In this document: positions 61,201 through 64,000 of the stretch, one piece after another | How the letters are laid out: every line of letters begins with the position of its first letter | Numbering within the stretch: position 1 is the first letter of the stretch | NCBI GenBank assembly: GCA_951406725.2 | Contig: OX597815.1 | Span: forward strand, 168,888,001-168,952,000 | Origin: Octopus vulgaris | Lineage: Eukaryota | Length of the DNA: 64,000 nucleotides | Direction of reading: 5' to 3' | The notes under the pieces: generated by a model | Seen by the model: the letters and a program-made list of their open reading frames with translations, nothing else | The model's database searches: none | Told to the model about the DNA's origin: nothing | Made by a program: the position numbers and the translations under genes

Positions 61201-63894
61201 TCTCAAAAGTTTACAGATTCTTATGATGTTGACAATATTTTATTTATTTACACTTACAATACATTTGTGCAAGTCAATTTTCACAACCAATTTCTTTTAT
61301 GCCTGTTATAAATTTGTGGCTTTGCCCATGTCACAGAAATTATTACTTCAGCAATATATCAATAAAATTTTTCCAAACACGAATTATAAGCATCTATATT
61401 TTCTTTGTATTGATTAGTTTAAAATTAATTTATCTTGAGTTTAAAAAGATTATGTGAAGTCTTGTAATCTCAAAATTCATATTTGTCATTTTTGTTTTCC
61501 TCTTAGACTGGGAGTCCACTTGTTCATGTGGTAGACCTCCATGAATCATCGGTCACTATGAATACTAGGAAGCGGAAGAGTGATGAATCTGAAGAAAATA
61601 AAGATAAAATCACAGAAATAGTTCCATCCATTGAGAATGAGATTAGCTACTTGGCTAATGACATCAAAAAGTTAAGAGCAAAATCATCGACACCACAGTG
61701 TAAAATAGAAGAGCTTACTTTTTACACTCCTATGACATCATTTCGAAAAAACCACTACAGAGTAAGTTAGGGCCTTTTTTTTTTCTGCTTGGGTTGTGGC
61801 TGTGTTGCTTTTGAGAAGCTTGCTTCCCAAACTTATGGTCTTGGGTACAGTGCCATTGCACACCTTATGCAAGTGTCTTCTACTATTGCCCCAGGCCAAC
61901 CAAAGCTTTCTGAATGGATTTTGTCGACAGGAACTGAAAAGAAGTCTGTCATATACATGTGTGTGTGTTTGTGTGCACCCTTGCTTTGACATCACATGGT
62001 GGTTGTAAATGAGCATCACCATCATACGAGTGGTGGTGTCCATTTCCAATCGTTCATGAAAAACATGTCAAAATCTTAACCCCTTAGTATTCACGTTACT
62101 TTGTCAAGTGTAATTCTTATTTATTCACATTGTTTTGAATAAATCATACATTATCTTGTAGCTTTGAGATTTCAATGATGTGGTTGTTTACTTTTTAGAA
62201 TGATATTGTAGGATAGGTGTGAGAGATTGGATCTGGCTGGTTTGAACATAAAACAAGAAGAGTATTTGTGTTGGATATCGCCAGTTTAATCACTAATGGT
62301 TTAAACACTAGTTAATATTAAGAAATGTAATATAAGAGGGTTATAGTCAGTAAAAATTGTAAGTGCTCTGCAAAGATAGTAAAAATTTCCACACACTTCA
62401 GTTGCTAGTGATTTTAATCAATTCATAACATCTTAAACACTTTTTTCTGTTCTCTGAATGCTAAAATAGATGCAGGGAAAAATATTTTATTGCTATTTGT
62501 CAAGTGCTTAGATTTTAGACCTTAAGTTACAACTTTGTCCATATGTGAACCACGGAGGCAATAACTAGTAACCAAGACCATTGGTGATAATCCATGCTTG
62601 ACAAGACCCATCAAGCTAAGTGAAATCATAGTTGTAGCCGCTGTTGGTGTTGCATAACTGACACTTAAAAAGCACTTTTCAAGCATTGGGCCTCACAGAG
62701 GTAATGACAAATGATCGAGACCTTTGGCAATATGCTGTGCTTAAGAAGACCCATCAAGCCAAGTGAAACCATAGTCGTGACTAATACTGGTGACAAACGA
62801 TTGAGGCCTTTGGCAATATGCTGTGCTTAAGAAGAAGACCCATCAAGCCAAGTGAAATCAGTCATGACTGATACTGGTGACAAATGACTGAGGCCTTTGG
62901 CAATATGCTGTGCTTAAGAAGAAGACCCATCAAGCCAAGTGAAATCAGTCATGACTGATACTGGTGACAAATGACTGAGGCCTTTGGCAATATGCTGTGC
63001 TTAAGAAGAAGACCCATCAAGCCAAGTGAAATCATAGTTATGACTGATACTGGTGACAAATGATTGAGACCTTTGGCAATATGCTGTGCTTAAGAAGGCC
63101 CATCAAGCCAAGTGAAATCAGTCATGACTGATACTGGTGACAAATGATTGAGACCTTTGGCAATATGCTGTGCTTAAGAAGAAGACCCATCAAGCCAAGT
63201 GAAATCATAGTCATGGCAGATACCAGTGGCATGTAAAAGCACCCATTACACTTTTGGAGTGGTTGCCATTAGGAAGGGCATCCAGCCATAGAAACCATGC
63301 CAAATCAGATTTGAATCTGGTACAGTCCTTCAGCTTACCAGCCCTGGTCAAACCGTCCAACCTATGCCAGCATGGACAACAGGCATTAAATGATAATGAT
63401 ATATATATGTATCCATTTGGTGTTGACTGTTGGTTAAAAAAGAATACTATAATAGAGATTAATAATACATTTTATTTTGGTCAAGTTATGCCTGAAGACT
63501 GTGCACCCAACGGTGAAATTCAGAATAGCAAGAGACTGACTCAAGCAAAATAGTATATATTTATAAAATGATCACAGGATCATCTTCATACACAAGTTCA
63601 AAAGTAATTGTCTTTACGTATCAAATTAACTTTTTACACTATAAACATTTACAATAATTATGAATTACATTGCATTTTTATTTTTTTATTCATTTTTTTT
63701 TTTTTATAAATAAAAAGATAACTTTGTCACTTTTAATATTTTCTTTTAGTCATAAATTTCTATAGAAACAATCTATACAGAATAAAATGTTTGGCTGTTA
63801 TCTATCTCTTCATTTCTCTTGATAGACTGCTTGTAAACTTCCTCGTCGACCAATGGGTATTTGCAATACACCAGTGACTGAGAGCTGTGTCTGA
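43076..63894 (+). CDS. ARHGAP19: Rho GTPase-activating protein 19-like (ARHGAP19/RhoGAP54D family), complete, about 616 aa
   Basis: 12 exons in phase: 43076-43265, 46294-46383, 47019-47228, 48592-48806, 51269-51355, 51508-51624, 54805-54957, 57014-57160, 58254-58439, 60530-60661, 61507-61761, 63826-63894. RhoGAP motifs EGLFRKTG (arginine finger), LKIFLKELPE and NRMTTKSLGTIFAP; ARHGAP19-type segments GLFGSQLT and LYNHIQSMPNTAKKRKLLKQF. Confidence 0.92.
44061..44478 (+). mobile_element. SINE family A, near-intact copy
   Basis: GGCGCAGGAGTGGCTGTGTGG...(GTAAAAGA)n tail. Confidence 0.88.
44598..45778 (+). mobile_element. piggyBac-like MITE (TTAA/CCCT...AGGG) split by the RTE insertion
   Basis: The two halves align to the intact copy at 62077-62304; ends AAAGGGTTAA. 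Confidence 0.75.
44751..45697 (-). mobile_element. 5'-truncated RTE-clade LINE (RT C-terminal half), pseudogenised
   Basis: VGVHQGSVLS, LYVDD, Cys/His finger (CSVC...CTRCEKWIHGRC), MLYGSETW; (GAT)n-like tail; AGATCA repeated at 44745-50 and 45698-703. Confidence 0.9.
46294..46383 (+). CDS. ARHGAP19: ARHGAP19 exon
   Basis: SKSGLFGSQLTGESIASIFRLIEFLKRQE. Confidence 0.92.
47019..47228 (+). CDS. ARHGAP19: ARHGAP19 exon (RhoGAP arginine finger)
   Basis: IECEGLFRKTGSNNRQ...LKIFLKELPECL. Confidence 0.95.
47499..47711 (-). mobile_element. piggyBac-like MITE, family 2
   Basis: TTAA-CCCTTTC...GAAAGGG-TTAA, reverse copy of 19852-20074. Confidence 0.8.
48592..48806 (+). CDS. ARHGAP19: ARHGAP19 exon
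   Basis: AIQLLILLLPKENTLLLECLLDLL...NRMTTKSLGTIFAPHFLCPRN. Confidence 0.95.
49647..50053 (-). mobile_element. Probable non-autonomous Helitron
   Basis: Minus strand A|TCTCTATATCTATAAACGGCAAAATG...CTAG|T; hairpin unclear. Confidence 0.5.
51269..51355 (+). CDS. ARHGAP19: ARHGAP19 exon
   Basis: LSPSEFHVAAENFSELTTFIIEQAGDVFK. Confidence 0.9.
51508..51624 (+). CDS. ARHGAP19: ARHGAP19 exon
   Basis: IPKDLAKDVNRFWMDME...TSR. Confidence 0.88.
54805..54957 (+). CDS. ARHGAP19: ARHGAP19 exon
   Basis: VNTCVNFADR...TQTEMAKLYNHIQSMPNTAKKRKLLKQ. Confidence 0.92.
55890..56121 (+). mobile_element. RTE-like LINE 3' fragment
   Basis: GKKPRGQPGMKWLDNI...DKALWRK resembles the RTE C-terminal GxRxRGRP...W motif; similar remnant at about 30380-30510. 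Confidence 0.6.
57014..57160 (+). CDS. ARHGAP19: ARHGAP19 exon
   Basis: FAKANH...SKENL...RSRTFGLGESIM. Confidence 0.88.
58254..58439 (+). CDS. ARHGAP19: ARHGAP19 exon
   Basis: RHLPRMKNR...STYKP; TAG/GTAAGC, phase 0. Confidence 0.82.
59930..60448 (-). mobile_element. SINE family A with a 136-bp tandem duplication of its head
   Basis: 60177-60312 repeated at 60313-60448. Confidence 0.85.
60530..60661 (+). CDS. ARHGAP19: ARHGAP19 exon
   Basis: TFTDY...LLKKKLDFDTVLHSE; TAG/GTGAGT. Confidence 0.82.
61507..61761 (+). CDS. ARHGAP19: ARHGAP19 exon
   Basis: TGSPLV...RKRKSDESEENKDK...FRKNHYR; TAG/GTAAGT. Confidence 0.83.
62077..62304 (+). mobile_element. piggyBac-like MITE, family 1
   Basis: TTAACCCCTTAG start; relatives at 931-1025, 44598-45778 and about 59385-59587 (reverse). 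Confidence 0.7.
62708..63225 (+). repeat. ~87-bp minisatellite, about 6 copies, inside a family D-tailed element
   Basis: Unit CAAATGACTGAGGCCTTTGGCAATATGCTGTGCTTAAGAAGAAGACCCATCAAGCCAAGTGAAATCAGTCATGACTGATACTGGTGA. Confidence 0.9.
63826..63894 (+). CDS. ARHGAP19: ARHGAP19 terminal coding exon
   Basis: TACKLPRRPMGICNTPVTESCV*; polypyrimidine tract plus TAG. Confidence 0.75.
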   Translation, partial: TACKLPRRPMGICNTPVTESCV

Positions 63895-64000
63895 AAATTT
63901 ACTTTCACCTAAAAATAATCGATGTGCTGTAACCTATGAAACGAGGTAGTTTCCTTCTACCTTGCTCAAATCACAAACATGACAACACCACCACCACTTA

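Overview
AT-rich, repeat-dense animal genomic DNA. The SINE families resemble those of coleoid cephalopods, most likely Octopus (inference). Two multi-exon genes lie head-to-head around a short promoter at about 34.5-34.75 kb. ANAPC4 (APC/C subunit 4) is on the minus strand with 20 coding exons traced in phase and runs off the left edge. An ARHGAP19/RhoGAP54D-type RhoGAP is on the plus strand with 12 coding exons, complete, about 616 aa. The introns contain tRNA-derived SINEs, a decayed full-length mariner, RTE and CR1-like LINE fragments, non-autonomous Helitrons, piggyBac/hAT/Tc1-like MITEs and micro/minisatellites. The most notable signal is a set of short, mutually unrelated inserts in ANAPC4 introns that carry minimal type I hammerhead ribozyme motifs (Penelope-like or retrozyme-like). 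One has a perfect 15-bp target-site duplication and a G3-C8 swapped catalytic core. Nearly all short ORFs in the supplied track are repeat-derived noise. All structures were read by eye; no alignments or searches were run.
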